A DNA stretch of 64,000 nucleotides. It comes from Clostridia bacterium (GTDB taxonomy: Bacteria; Bacillota; Clostridia; JAAYHZ01). The notes under the pieces are model-generated. The model did not search any database. It worked only from the letters and a program-made list of their open reading frames with translations, and was not told where the DNA came from. The stretch is from the NCBI GenBank assembly GCA_050950825.1, contig JBMNIH010000004.1:192001-256000 (forward strand), written 5' to 3'. Position numbers and translations under genes: made by a program. This document shows, one piece after another, positions 6,589 to 16,283 of this stretch; position 1 is the first letter of the stretch, and every line of letters starts with the position of its first letter.

Positions 6589-8880
6589 ATGAAGAAAGTC
6601 ATCGCCCTGTTCATAATCTTAACGGTCGCGGCAGGTCCCTTGTTCAGGGGTTTGTTTTTCCCTTACGAGATGTATTTGTCCTTAGCGATGCTGTCGGTAT
6701 TATGTGCATGTTACGGGATAATGAAGCTTGTAAGAAAAGAAGAGTGGCACCTTCGTTCCGTCGTTGTATACGGAGGAATCGGTCTTCTTTTGGCATATGT
6801 CATTGCCTTCGGTACGGCGGTAAACATGCGAGGAAACATCGAAGCCCTCATGCAGTATGCCGTGTATCTTTTATTGTTTATCGTTCTTTCGGATTTTTTC
6901 CATGAGCATATTCAAAACCTTCCTTGGATGTATTTCGTCCCTTTGATCGCTATCGGTTTTTTTGCGGCCATTATCGGCCTTGTAGGCTATACCCGGGTGT
7001 TTCCCGAATTGGATGTCACCGTCAACGGGAGAAGAATCGGTTCCACCCTGCAGTATGCCAATACCGCAGCCATCTATTTTCTCCTTCTAATGTCCTTTGT
7101 TATGGGGATTTTGTTGAATGTAAGGAATGTTCTTTTAAAAGGCATATTGGCGGGTGTTGCAAACGTTATGTTTATGGCGTTGTTTTTTACAAGCTCCCGC
7201 GGTGTTTTTCTCGTTGTGCCTTTTGCGGTATTGTTGGCATTGGTCATTGTCATGCCCAAAGGATATCGACTGCAGTCTTTGGTTTATGTTCTTTGTGCCG
7301 TTCTTCCATCCTTGCTGTCCATGGAAGGGTACGATGCCAACTCCCAAATCAAGAACATCGTTTCCGCCTCGAAATGGATACTTCTTTCGGGGGGAGTAGC
7401 AGGCATATCGGCCATGCTTGCGGCGCTCCTCTTTCGTATAAAAGTAAATAAAATTATACGATATGCGGCTTTGGGGCTTTGTGTGATCGGTACTGCCGCC
7501 TTTGTTTTCGTAAATCGGCAAGCTATTGTCTCGTATGTCGCCGATGTCATACCGGACCATATTTTTAAAAGGATCCGGGATATTAACTTTACCACGACGA
7601 ATGTGGTTATGCGAATTGAGTTTTTTCAGGATGCTTTGCGATTGCTGAAGGACCATTGGCTTTTCGGTTTGGGAGGAGGGGGCTTTGCTTCCCTATACCA
7701 AAGCGTTCAAAAATTGTATTATGCGGCAAGGCTGGTCCATAACCACTATTTGCAGGTCTTTGTTGAGTCCGGGATTTTAGGCATTCTTTCATTTTTAACG
7801 ATAACAATATCCGCCTTTGTTTACTTAATCGCAGCGCGGATCCGTTTGAAAGATCCGAAACAAAAGGTATATGCCGCATCCGTTTTTGTCGCCTTTTTGT
7901 CTTTGGCCGCTCATTCCGCCATCGATTTTAATTTAAGCTATACATCTATGAGCTTTATCTTCTTTTCCATGGTTGCCGTCTCCGCCGCCTATTATCGTCA
8001 TGTTAAAAAAGAGAAGGAAGCTTCCGAAGAAACGAAGCAAAACCCGGAAACAAAAACCTTTTCTTGGAGACGTGCACTCGTACCTTCCTTTTTTCTTCTA
8101 TTTTGCATACCGTTAGCCTTTTTCGGCATTCGCTATTCGAAGGCGGCTTGGTACGCCGAAAGAGGTACGGAATACAAACAAGAATTGAATTTGGAAAAAG
8201 CCGTCGAAAATTATGCCAAAGCCTCCGGGCTTGATCCTTTACAGGCCGCCAACCGTGCGGAAATGGCGGACTTGTCCTTATGGATGTCCAAAACGGTTTC
8301 TACGGAAGCCGAAAAAAGAGAATGGATAAACAAAGCCTTATCGGAAGGAGAAGAAGCCCTTCGTTTGGATCGTTATTACCCGTATTATAACCGAATTATG
8401 ACGGAAATTTATTTATTCGACGGTCAATACGAAAAAGCGGCGGAACAAGCAAAAATGCTGGTGTATGTTCAGCCCTTGGTGGATAAAAACTACGAATTGC
8501 TGGCCCAAGCCTATACGGAAGGAGCACTTGTCTTATTGAAAGAAGGGAACACGGATAAAGCGAAGGAATGGCTTTTGGCTTGCGAAGACTTGGAGGATAA
8601 CGAAAATGTGACCATCAAATCCGCTACCGCTTTTTATATGGGAAAAGCGGCGCTTCTTTTCGGAAAATACGAAAAAGCGACAGAGCTATTACAGACGGCC
8701 CGTAAAGGATCTACGGATTTACGAATCGAAAGCGATCGGCTTTTGTATATTATTAACGAAGTAACGGGGAACGAAGACCTGAATAAAAAATATGAAAATG
8801 TATTTTACATGGGGATGATTCAATCGACGCCGATGTATAAAGAGATTAAAGACATATTGGAATCCGGGCTGCTTCAATAA
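6589..8880 (+). CDS. O-antigen ligase / O-oligosaccharyltransferase-family membrane protein with C-terminal TPR repeats
   Basis: Many TM helices; STLQYANT, TSSRG, FGLGGGGF and VHNHYLQVFVESGILG (Wzy_C) motifs; helical TPR-like tail. Confidence 0.85.
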   Translation: MKKVIALFIILTVAAGPLFRGLFFPYEMYLSLAMLSVLCACYGIMKLVRKEEWHLRSVVVYGGIGLLLAYVIAFGTAVNMRGNIEALMQYAVYLLLFIVLSDFFHEHIQNLPWMYFVPLIAIGFFAAIIGLVGYTRVFPELDVTVNGRRIGSTLQYANTAAIYFLLLMSFVMGILLNVRNVLLKGILAGVANVMFMALFFTSSRGVFLVVPFAVLLALVIVMPKGYRLQSLVYVLCAVLPSLLSMEGYDANSQIKNIVSASKWILLSGGVAGISAMLAALLFRIKVNKIIRYAALGLCVIGTAAFVFVNRQAIVSYVADVIPDHIFKRIRDINFTTTNVVMRIEFFQDALRLLKDHWLFGLGGGGFASLYQSVQKLYYAARLVHNHYLQVFVESGILGILSFLTITISAFVYLIAARIRLKDPKQKVYAASVFVAFLSLAAHSAIDFNLSYTSMSFIFFSMVAVSAAYYRHVKKEKEASEETKQNPETKTFSWRRALVPSFFLLFCIPLAFFGIRYSKAAWYAERGTEYKQELNLEKAVENYAKASGLDPLQAANRAEMADLSLWMSKTVSTEAEKREWINKALSEGEEALRLDRYYPYYNRIMTEIYLFDGQYEKAAEQAKMLVYVQPLVDKNYELLAQAYTEGALVLLKEGNTDKAKEWLLACEDLEDNENVTIKSATAFYMGKAALLFGKYEKATELLQTARKGSTDLRIESDRLLYIINEVTGNEDLNKKYENVFYMGMIQSTPMYKEIKDILESGLLQ

Positions 8881-8942
8881 AAGCTATGTAGCATCCGGTA
8901 TGGAAACCGGAATGAACTTCTTAACAAAACATAAACCTTTCT

Positions 8943-9206
8943 TTATTTTTCCGTTGTTACGCCTTTTGCTTTTTTTACGATGAATAAAAGCAAAAAGGCA
9001 CCTAATGTAGCCACGATGATACTCCAAATATTAAAGCCCGTTATACCGTCAATGCCGAATAATCGCATAATCAAGCCTCCGATAAAGGCGCCGAGTATGC
9101 CGACAACTACGTTAGCGAAGCCTCCCATTTCGGAATTCTTACCTGCCAAGATGCTGCCTAACCAGCCGGCCAAAGCACCGACGATTATCCACGAGATGAT
9201 ACCCAT
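8943..9206 (-). CDS. GlsB/YeaQ/YmgE-family (transglycosylase-associated) membrane protein
   Basis: MGIISWIIVGALAGWLGS...NVVVGILGAFIGG; AAGGAG RBS. Confidence 0.9.
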   Translation of the reverse strand: MGIISWIIVGALAGWLGSILAGKNSEMGGFANVVVGILGAFIGGLIMRLFGIDGITGFNIWSIIVATLGAFLLLFIVKKAKGVTTEK

Positions 9207-9435
9207 TGAATCAACTCCTTTTTGTTCGATTTTTAGAATTTTACTTATTTTATTTTTCCCGAATGTCCGACGAATATGAATAATCGCATTATCAAATTTA
9301 TCCGGTACATTATAATTGATAAAACCATAAAAAATATTGACGAAATTTTTTAAAAACACCTATCCGATTACCGTTTTTCTTTACTTTATAGTTGTAACGA
9401 ATTCTTTTACGACTCTTGAGAAAGGAGGACCTTAT

Positions 9436-11037
9436 GTGGAAGAACGACAAAAGGAAATTATTCGGTTCGTAGAACCCGTATTCCGTTTTTGCTTAAGACG
9501 CGTTAACAATCGTCAAGATGCGGAGGATCTTGCAAGCGAAATCATACTGCATGTGCTTGACGGAATGGGAAAATACGAAATTCGCTCGTTGGAGGCATGG
9601 GTCCGGAGGATTGCATATAACCGGTATGCCGTTTTCTGCAAGAATAGAAAAAATCAACCCGAGTTATGCTCGGAAGAATTGGTTATGAACCTAGCCGATG
9701 ATTTTGATGCTTTTAATGAAGAATCAATGGACAATGAAAACGAGACGGTCTTTTACTACCTGCATACCCTTTCTTCCAAGTACAAAAATATTTTGGTTGA
9801 TTACTATATCGGCGAATTGTCGGTAAAAGAGCTTGCGGAAAAGTACGATCTTCCGGAAACGACAATTAAGTGGAGATTGAATATCGGTCGTCAAAGAATT
9901 CGGGACAGAATCAAAGCAAATTCGAAAGGAGATAACGGAATGGACAAGGTGTATAAACGAATCAATTGGAATACGAGGACATGCAACGGATCCATGAATC
10001 CCGACTCGTATATTTCGAACCAAGTATCCCGAGCCATATGCGAAGCCGCATATGAAAAACCGCTTACAATCGAAGAGATTAGCCTCAAAACAGGGCTTCC
10101 CACTATGTATATCGAAGATGCGCTGCCCCGGTTGATTTACGGTGATGCCATCGAAGAGATAAACGGCAAATACGCAACCTGCTTTATTGTCTTGCGTTTA
10201 AAAGATAAAGAACAAATGGAAAAGCAATTCGAACCTTTAATCGACAAAATCGCCGATTATTTTGAAAGCCTGTTTGCCGAATGTGCAATCAAGACGGAAC
10301 GGATGAGCTTTTACGGACACGATTGGGGAATGAAGCGGCTCGGACACATTGCTCTGCCGTTGGCGCTCCGAGAAAAGGTTCGTCGTATTAAGGACGGTAT
10401 CGAATCTCTTGCGGACGGACCCTATCCCCCGCGCAAAGACGGCGGTTACGGTTGGTTCATCGTCGAAGAGGCGGAGGACGAAAGCGATATCGGCGGCAAA
10501 TACGCTTCCGGCTGCAATATTGCATCCGGAGAGGGCGGTTGTATTTATTATTACCACATTCGTAAATATTTCCTTAACAATATTTATAACAACGGCGGGA
10601 CAAGATGGCTTGCGGCAAAAAATATACCGCAAAAATGCAAGGACGGGGTCATTCCAAAGGATGTTTTATCCGAAGACGATATCATTCGGCTTTTACAAGT
10701 AAATCTCATTAAAAAAGCGGATGACGGTTACCGATTACATTTCCCTAGTTTTACACAAGAGCAGTTTGCGGAATTTTCGAATCTGTTTCGGATTACCGAC
10801 ACCAACCTCGATAAAATGCTGACGGAACTGATTATAAGCATAAAAGAGAGCTTTTTAAGCTTTGTTCCGAAGCGTCTTTACAGCCAAATCAACCAATGGA
10901 TTTCCTGCTTTGTTCATTGCATTATCGGCTATGTAACGGATGAGCTTATAGCAAGAAATGCATTGGAAAAACCGGACGATGAAAAGCCGTTTACTTCCGG
11001 CGTATTCTTTGTGGAAGGCAAATACATAAACGTGTGA
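9436..11037 (+). CDS. ECF-type sigma-70 factor with a large C-terminal extension
   Basis: Region 2 (QDAEDLASEI, AWVRRIAYN) and region 4 (LSVKELAEKYDLPETTIKWRL); GTG start after AAAGGAGG. Confidence 0.85.
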   Translation: MEERQKEIIRFVEPVFRFCLRRVNNRQDAEDLASEIILHVLDGMGKYEIRSLEAWVRRIAYNRYAVFCKNRKNQPELCSEELVMNLADDFDAFNEESMDNENETVFYYLHTLSSKYKNILVDYYIGELSVKELAEKYDLPETTIKWRLNIGRQRIRDRIKANSKGDNGMDKVYKRINWNTRTCNGSMNPDSYISNQVSRAICEAAYEKPLTIEEISLKTGLPTMYIEDALPRLIYGDAIEEINGKYATCFIVLRLKDKEQMEKQFEPLIDKIADYFESLFAECAIKTERMSFYGHDWGMKRLGHIALPLALREKVRRIKDGIESLADGPYPPRKDGGYGWFIVEEAEDESDIGGKYASGCNIASGEGGCIYYYHIRKYFLNNIYNNGGTRWLAAKNIPQKCKDGVIPKDVLSEDDIIRLLQVNLIKKADDGYRLHFPSFTQEQFAEFSNLFRITDTNLDKMLTELIISIKESFLSFVPKRLYSQINQWISCFVHCIIGYVTDELIARNALEKPDDEKPFTSGVFFVEGKYINV

Positions 11038-11056
11038 CGTTCAATTTCGGATCGAT

Positions 11057-11113
11057 AAAAGCACGGCAAAAATCGTATTTTCCGTACGGTTTTTGCCGTG
11101 TTTACGTTTTTTT
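11057..11113. terminator. Bidirectional terminator
   Basis: CACGGCAAAAA..TTTTTGCCGTG stem between convergent genes. Confidence 0.7.
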
Positions 11114-11114
11114 T

Positions 11115-12269
11115 CTATTTGTACCGATGGAGAAGATCCATCATCAGGGTAAAGTTTTTCATAGGGGTTGCGGGAGTAATCAAATTGGAGCATCCTACGA
11201 TGGCACCGCCTAATTCCTTTGCCGCATTGATGGCTTCCATGGTTTGGGCTCTGACTTCATCTTCCGTGCCCGTTTCCAAGGTAGCGGAGCTGATTCCGCC
11301 GAGTACCGTAATATTCGGGTACTTGCTTCTTATGCTCCGTATATCCATGCCGCAAATGCAGTCCGCCTCGTAGTGGGCGTCGATTCCGGAATCGATATAC
11401 AAAGAATCGGCCACGTCCCAAAAATAGCCGTCGCTGCCGAAGGAATGAAAAATACCGTATTCCTTGCACTTGTCCGATATCCGGCGTAAGCGGGGAACGA
11501 TTTGATTTTTGAATACGGCGGGAGAATATAAAAGCCCTCGGTTGCCGGCGCAGTCTCCGCCTCCGAATACGAACTTAGAGCCTACGGCGGCAAGTACGGG
11601 AATGTTTTTTAAAGCTCTGTTCATTTGGACATCCAAATACCGATCCACCAAATCCGGCCGCAGGACGGTGGCTTCCAGCCAAATCGGCTCCGTGTTGGGG
11701 ACGGCTAAGGACAGCCCGCCGGTGTAGGTCGCTTTTTCATATTTAAAATAGGCCATGGTATCCAAATAATCTTTATAAAGCTCAAAGGTCGGATTGTATT
11801 TTTCTTCGTTTTTTTCCATGGTCAAAACGATATCTTCAAGCTTATCTACATCGTCAATGGGAGGTGCCGTGTCTTTTACGCATTGGAACAGCTCGCTTTC
11901 CGGATAGTAGCGCATAATGTAATAGGTTTGGTCGGGGCGCTTGAACAAGAAGGTGTATTCGTCTAAGCGCTCGTCCGGTTTGCGCGGATAGCGCCAATAG
12001 AAATGGCGAACCAAATCGAAATCCAGCTTCGATGCCCAATCCCATGCATCCTGTTTTGATTTTTCCAAGAATTCTTGGTGGGCTTCCTTTCCCTGCCAAA
12101 GGGCCAACGCCTCGCGATAGCGCTGAACGCCGCCTCCAACGTACGCTTCTTTTCCCAATACCTTCGATGCAAAAGCGGAGGATACGGACCCGCAGTATAT
12201 GGGAACATGATCATAAGGTTGCTTGGTATAGGCCATATAGACCCGCCGGTACGAATTCATTGCTTCCAT
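11115..12269 (-). CDS. Uroporphyrinogen decarboxylase / MtaA-CmuA methyltransferase-family protein
   Basis: GGGDCAGNRGLLYSP, HSFGSDG, VLGGIS..GTEDEVR and GCSNLI motifs. Confidence 0.8.
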   Translation of the reverse strand: MEAMNSYRRVYMAYTKQPYDHVPIYCGSVSSAFASKVLGKEAYVGGGVQRYREALALWQGKEAHQEFLEKSKQDAWDWASKLDFDLVRHFYWRYPRKPDERLDEYTFLFKRPDQTYYIMRYYPESELFQCVKDTAPPIDDVDKLEDIVLTMEKNEEKYNPTFELYKDYLDTMAYFKYEKATYTGGLSLAVPNTEPIWLEATVLRPDLVDRYLDVQMNRALKNIPVLAAVGSKFVFGGGDCAGNRGLLYSPAVFKNQIVPRLRRISDKCKEYGIFHSFGSDGYFWDVADSLYIDSGIDAHYEADCICGMDIRSIRSKYPNITVLGGISSATLETGTEDEVRAQTMEAINAAKELGGAIVGCSNLITPATPMKNFTLMMDLLHRYK

Positions 12270-12437
12270 AATGCTTTTCGCCTCTCTTTTTCCGTGTTAC
12301 CGATAATTATAACCGCCTTTGGTGTACGGTGTACATAGAGAATGATAAAAATCAATACCCTTTTATCGATTGTACCTTTAATAAAATCATGCTAACATGA
12401 TTTTTATACGGGACGGTTTTGAAGGAGAGATGTAAAA

Positions 12438-14066
12438 GTGGGTGAAAAATACATTTACACGTTCGACGAATGGATAAATTTTTTCAACGATTCGAGATGC
12501 CGGGAACGATTGGCGGAAATATATGGCGATGACGAAGCATTGATACGAGAACGCATACTTGCCTACAAGACCTTGCTTTCCCGGTTTGATGAAACCTTCG
12601 GAAAAGGAGAACAAGCGGTTATTTCAAGATCTCCGGGGCGGATCAACTTGATGGGAAAGCATACGGACCACCAAGGAGGCTACGCCAATGTAATGGCTAT
12701 CAACAGAGAAATCTTGTGTATGGCATCCCCTCGGTCCGACGACACCGTTTGCATTGCCAATACCGACCCTTTGTTTCGGAAGGCCTCTTTTTCCATATCC
12801 CAATGTTTCGGCGGAAAAGTACCCGACAATTGGTTCGAATATTTGGAGTCGGATATCGTTAAAGAATCCTTTTTCGGCAGCGAAGGACATTGGGTTCATT
12901 ATGTGAAAGGAGCCGTATTGCGTCTTCAAGCGGAATTTAAAGACAAAAAGCTTCGAGGCATGAATATGGTGTATTCCGGGAACATCCCCGTATCCGCAGG
13001 CTTGTCCGGCTCATCCGCCCTTGTTGTCAGCACTTTGGAGGCATGCACCGCGGTAAACGGTATCAATCTGTCCAAGAATCGTTTCGTAGAGCTATGCGGG
13101 GAGGGGGAATGGTACGTCGGATTGAACAACGGCATATCGGACCCTGCCGCCATGAAATATGCGGAAAAAGGACGGCCCGTGAAGCTGGCCTTTAAGCCTT
13201 TCTCCTATGTGAAGACCTTTGACTTTCCCAAGGGGTACAAGATTGTTGTAGCCGATTCCTTGATAAAAGCCAACAAGACGGGAAATGCCAAAAACACGTA
13301 CAACATGAGGGTGGCTACATACGGAATGGGAATGATCCTTTTACGAGAGCTTTTTCCCGAAAAAATGAAGTATGTAGAGCACCTGAGGGATATCCAAAGC
13401 GGACAACGAGGCTTTTCTTCCGAAGACATTTACCGTATGCTCTTGTCTTTTCCCGAGAGCATAGCTTTGAAGGAGCTTTTAGATCGATTGCCGGAAAAAA
13501 AGCGCCAAGAGGTTCACCGTTTGTTGAAGACCCATACACCTGCAATCTTTTATCCGATTCGTGGGGTGATGCTATACGGAATCGCGGAGTGTCACCGGGC
13601 AAGGCTTTGCTCCGATTTGATTGAAGAAGGCAATACGGAGGAATTCGGGCGGTGGATGTCCTTGTGCCACGACGGAGATCGGGTAGCTTATACGGACGAA
13701 AACGGCAAAATGATACCTTACAAAGAGGATGTTTCCGATTCTTATCTTTTGGAGCGGATCGAGGATCTTCAAAGCGGGGATCCGGAAAGAATCAAAAGAA
13801 GCGCTTTGGAAAGACAAAAAGGAAGCTACGCGTGCTCCGTACCGGAGATCGACTATATGGTTGACAAAGCTCTTCGCGTGGAGGGCGTTTTGGGAGCGCA
13901 GATATCCGGTGCAGGGCTGGGAGGATGTATGATGGCATTGGCAAGAAACGATGCGGTTTCGACATTGAAATCATTCCTTGAAAAGGAATATTATGCTCCG
14001 AGAGGGTTGGAGCCTCAAATTTTCATATGCTCTCCGGTGAAAGGCTCCGGTTGTTTGGTACAATGA
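12438..14066 (+). CDS. GHMP-family sugar kinase (galactokinase-like, atypical sugar site)
   Basis: PGRINLMGKHTDHQGG, PVSAGLSGSSAL and GAQISGAGLGG motifs. Confidence 0.85.
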   Translation: MGEKYIYTFDEWINFFNDSRCRERLAEIYGDDEALIRERILAYKTLLSRFDETFGKGEQAVISRSPGRINLMGKHTDHQGGYANVMAINREILCMASPRSDDTVCIANTDPLFRKASFSISQCFGGKVPDNWFEYLESDIVKESFFGSEGHWVHYVKGAVLRLQAEFKDKKLRGMNMVYSGNIPVSAGLSGSSALVVSTLEACTAVNGINLSKNRFVELCGEGEWYVGLNNGISDPAAMKYAEKGRPVKLAFKPFSYVKTFDFPKGYKIVVADSLIKANKTGNAKNTYNMRVATYGMGMILLRELFPEKMKYVEHLRDIQSGQRGFSSEDIYRMLLSFPESIALKELLDRLPEKKRQEVHRLLKTHTPAIFYPIRGVMLYGIAECHRARLCSDLIEEGNTEEFGRWMSLCHDGDRVAYTDENGKMIPYKEDVSDSYLLERIEDLQSGDPERIKRSALERQKGSYACSVPEIDYMVDKALRVEGVLGAQISGAGLGGCMMALARNDAVSTLKSFLEKEYYAPRGLEPQIFICSPVKGSGCLVQ

Positions 14067-14094
14067 GAGAAGCAATGAAGAAGGATATTTACCT

Positions 14095-15354
14095 ATGAAA
14101 AGACGAAGAATTTTATCTTGGATTGCAACGGCGGCATGGATGGCATTCATTTTTTTCATGTCCCATCAAACGGCTAACGAATCGAATGAATTGAGTGTCG
14201 GTTTATCCGAAAAAATCATAACGGTGTTAAAAAGCCTGTATCCTTCCATTCAAGAGGACGGATTTCCGCTGAATCATTACGTTCGGAAAAGCGCTCACTT
14301 TTTCACCTATATGGTTTTAGGCATTTTAACGTGCAATGCCTTATTGATAGGAAAAAGAAATGAAAAGAAAGCATACATTCAAGGCTTGATCATATGTGTC
14401 CTTTATGCCGTTTCCGATGAAATTCACCAGTTGTTCGTTCCGGGGCGCGGAGGGCAAGTAAAGGATGTCCTTTTAGACAGCGCCGGTTCTTTAACCGGCC
14501 TCTTCGTTTACGGAGGATTTCGTCGTCTGAAGGACAGAATCCGGCTATCGGAGAAAGCAAAAAAACGGCTTAAAAAATTTTCATACTTCGGACTTATTTT
14601 GCTTTTGGTTCTCTTTGTTTACATACAGAATTATACCTTGACGGTATCCGAATTCTCCATTCCGAGCCCCGTCGATAAACCGGTTCGTTTGGTCCATTTG
14701 TCCGACCTTCATAACCAAACCTTCGGAAAAGACAATGGACGATTAATTCGTAGGATTGACAGGTTGGACCCGGATATTATTGTTTTTACGGGAGATCTGA
14801 TTGATCGAAAAACCGTCAATCTTGAAGCCTGCCTTCGAACGATGAAAATGCTTGCGGAAATGGCTCCGGTATATTTTGTTCCGGGGAACCACGAATATTG
14901 GTCGCCTTTGACAAAAGAGCTTTTTGAAGGCTTAAAAAATTCCGGAGTTACGGTATTATCGAACGAGACCGTGGAGGTGGAGATAAGGGGCAATGTTTTG
15001 GAAATTATCGGGATCGATTTCGGGGCCAATCAAGCATACGATTTCGATGACACCGGAACGTCTTCTTATTGTATCCTGTTGAACCACTACCCGGAGGATT
15101 TTTGGCGGTTTAAGGGCAAGGGCGTACACTTGGTGCTTTCGGGCCACGCCCACGGAGGACAGTTTCGATTGCCCTTCGGAGGAGGTCTTTACGCACCGGG
15201 TCAAGGTTTTTTTCCCTATTACGACAGCGGTATATTTCAAGAAGACAATATGTATATGATAGTCAGCCGAGGCTTAGGGAACAGCGTTATTCCTCTTCGA
15301 ATTTTTAACAGACCGGAGATCGTATATGTTGTATTAAAGCCCGATTCGGCTTAA
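14095..15354 (+). CDS. VanZ-domain / metallophosphoesterase fusion membrane protein
   Basis: RKSAHFFTY..YAVSDEIHQLFVPGR (VanZ), then SDLH / TGDL / GNHE / GHAHGGQ (calcineurin-like). Confidence 0.88.
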   Translation: MKRRRILSWIATAAWMAFIFFMSHQTANESNELSVGLSEKIITVLKSLYPSIQEDGFPLNHYVRKSAHFFTYMVLGILTCNALLIGKRNEKKAYIQGLIICVLYAVSDEIHQLFVPGRGGQVKDVLLDSAGSLTGLFVYGGFRRLKDRIRLSEKAKKRLKKFSYFGLILLLVLFVYIQNYTLTVSEFSIPSPVDKPVRLVHLSDLHNQTFGKDNGRLIRRIDRLDPDIIVFTGDLIDRKTVNLEACLRTMKMLAEMAPVYFVPGNHEYWSPLTKELFEGLKNSGVTVLSNETVEVEIRGNVLEIIGIDFGANQAYDFDDTGTSSYCILLNHYPEDFWRFKGKGVHLVLSGHAHGGQFRLPFGGGLYAPGQGFFPYYDSGIFQEDNMYMIVSRGLGNSVIPLRIFNRPEIVYVVLKPDSA

Positions 15355-15540
15355 AGCCGCACCTATTTTGATATATTTTATAGGTATCGAAGGAAAACAA
15401 AAGTTAGTGTGAAAGAATGCATTAAAAAACCCGTTGTACATCAAGACGGCGGTAAAACTCCCGTATTCGGAAAGCGGGTACCCTTGACTTAAGGTTGCAG
15501 GAGATTTATGATTTAGAAGGCTAAAGATTTACAGCGAGGT

Positions 15541-16077
15541 TTGAAATTGAATTCGTATTGTGTATTCTGTAAAACGGGAAGCGAGCTGTCGGTCGCTGAA
15601 AAAATAAATATTATCGATAAATCCGTAAATGCCATAGCACCTACAAGGGTGATTCAGGAAAAACGAGGCGGAATATGGGTAAAAAAGCATAAAATTCTGC
15701 TGCCCGGATACGTGTTTTTGTTTTCAAACGAGGATTTGGAAACCGGTCTGATCCGCAATCTGACGGATTTGTACAAGGTGCTGAGCTATGACCGCGGTAT
15801 TCGAACCTTGATAGGAAAGGACAGAGACTATGCCATGTGGATATGGAAATACCACGGAAGCATAGACACGTCCAAGGTTTTAAAGGAAGGCAGACGGGTC
15901 AAAGTGATCGAAGGTCCGCTTTTGGATTGCCACGGCGTGATAAAAAAGCTGGATAAGCATAAAAGAAAGGTTTGGGTCGAATTTGAGTTTGACGGTATGG
16001 CACGCACCATCGTTTTATCCGCCGAATGCGTGGATCCTTCCGATACGAAAGGCGAACCGGAAGGTACGAATGAATGA
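15541..16077 (+). CDS. loaP: NusG-paralogue antiterminator (LoaP-like)
   Basis: YCVFCKTGSE, LLPGYVFL (NGN) and VKVIEGPL..KLDKHKRK (KOW); TTG start after GAGG. Confidence 0.8.
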   Translation: MKLNSYCVFCKTGSELSVAEKINIIDKSVNAIAPTRVIQEKRGGIWVKKHKILLPGYVFLFSNEDLETGLIRNLTDLYKVLSYDRGIRTLIGKDRDYAMWIWKYHGSIDTSKVLKEGRRVKVIEGPLLDCHGVIKKLDKHKRKVWVEFEFDGMARTIVLSAECVDPSDTKGEPEGTNE

Positions 16078-16283
16078 AAATGAGAAATTTTCGTCAGGTA
16101 AAACCGCAAGAACGAAAGAAAAATAACGGTAAAAACCATCGCTATCTCCTACAATGTGAATATTTCACATGTGGACTTTTACGGTGTAATCCGGTAAGAT
16201 ACTGAGTATGGTTTTCGAGCTTTGCTTTAACAAAGGACAAGGTTCATTGAAGGTAAACAACAGGTAAAGGATGTGGAATATCA

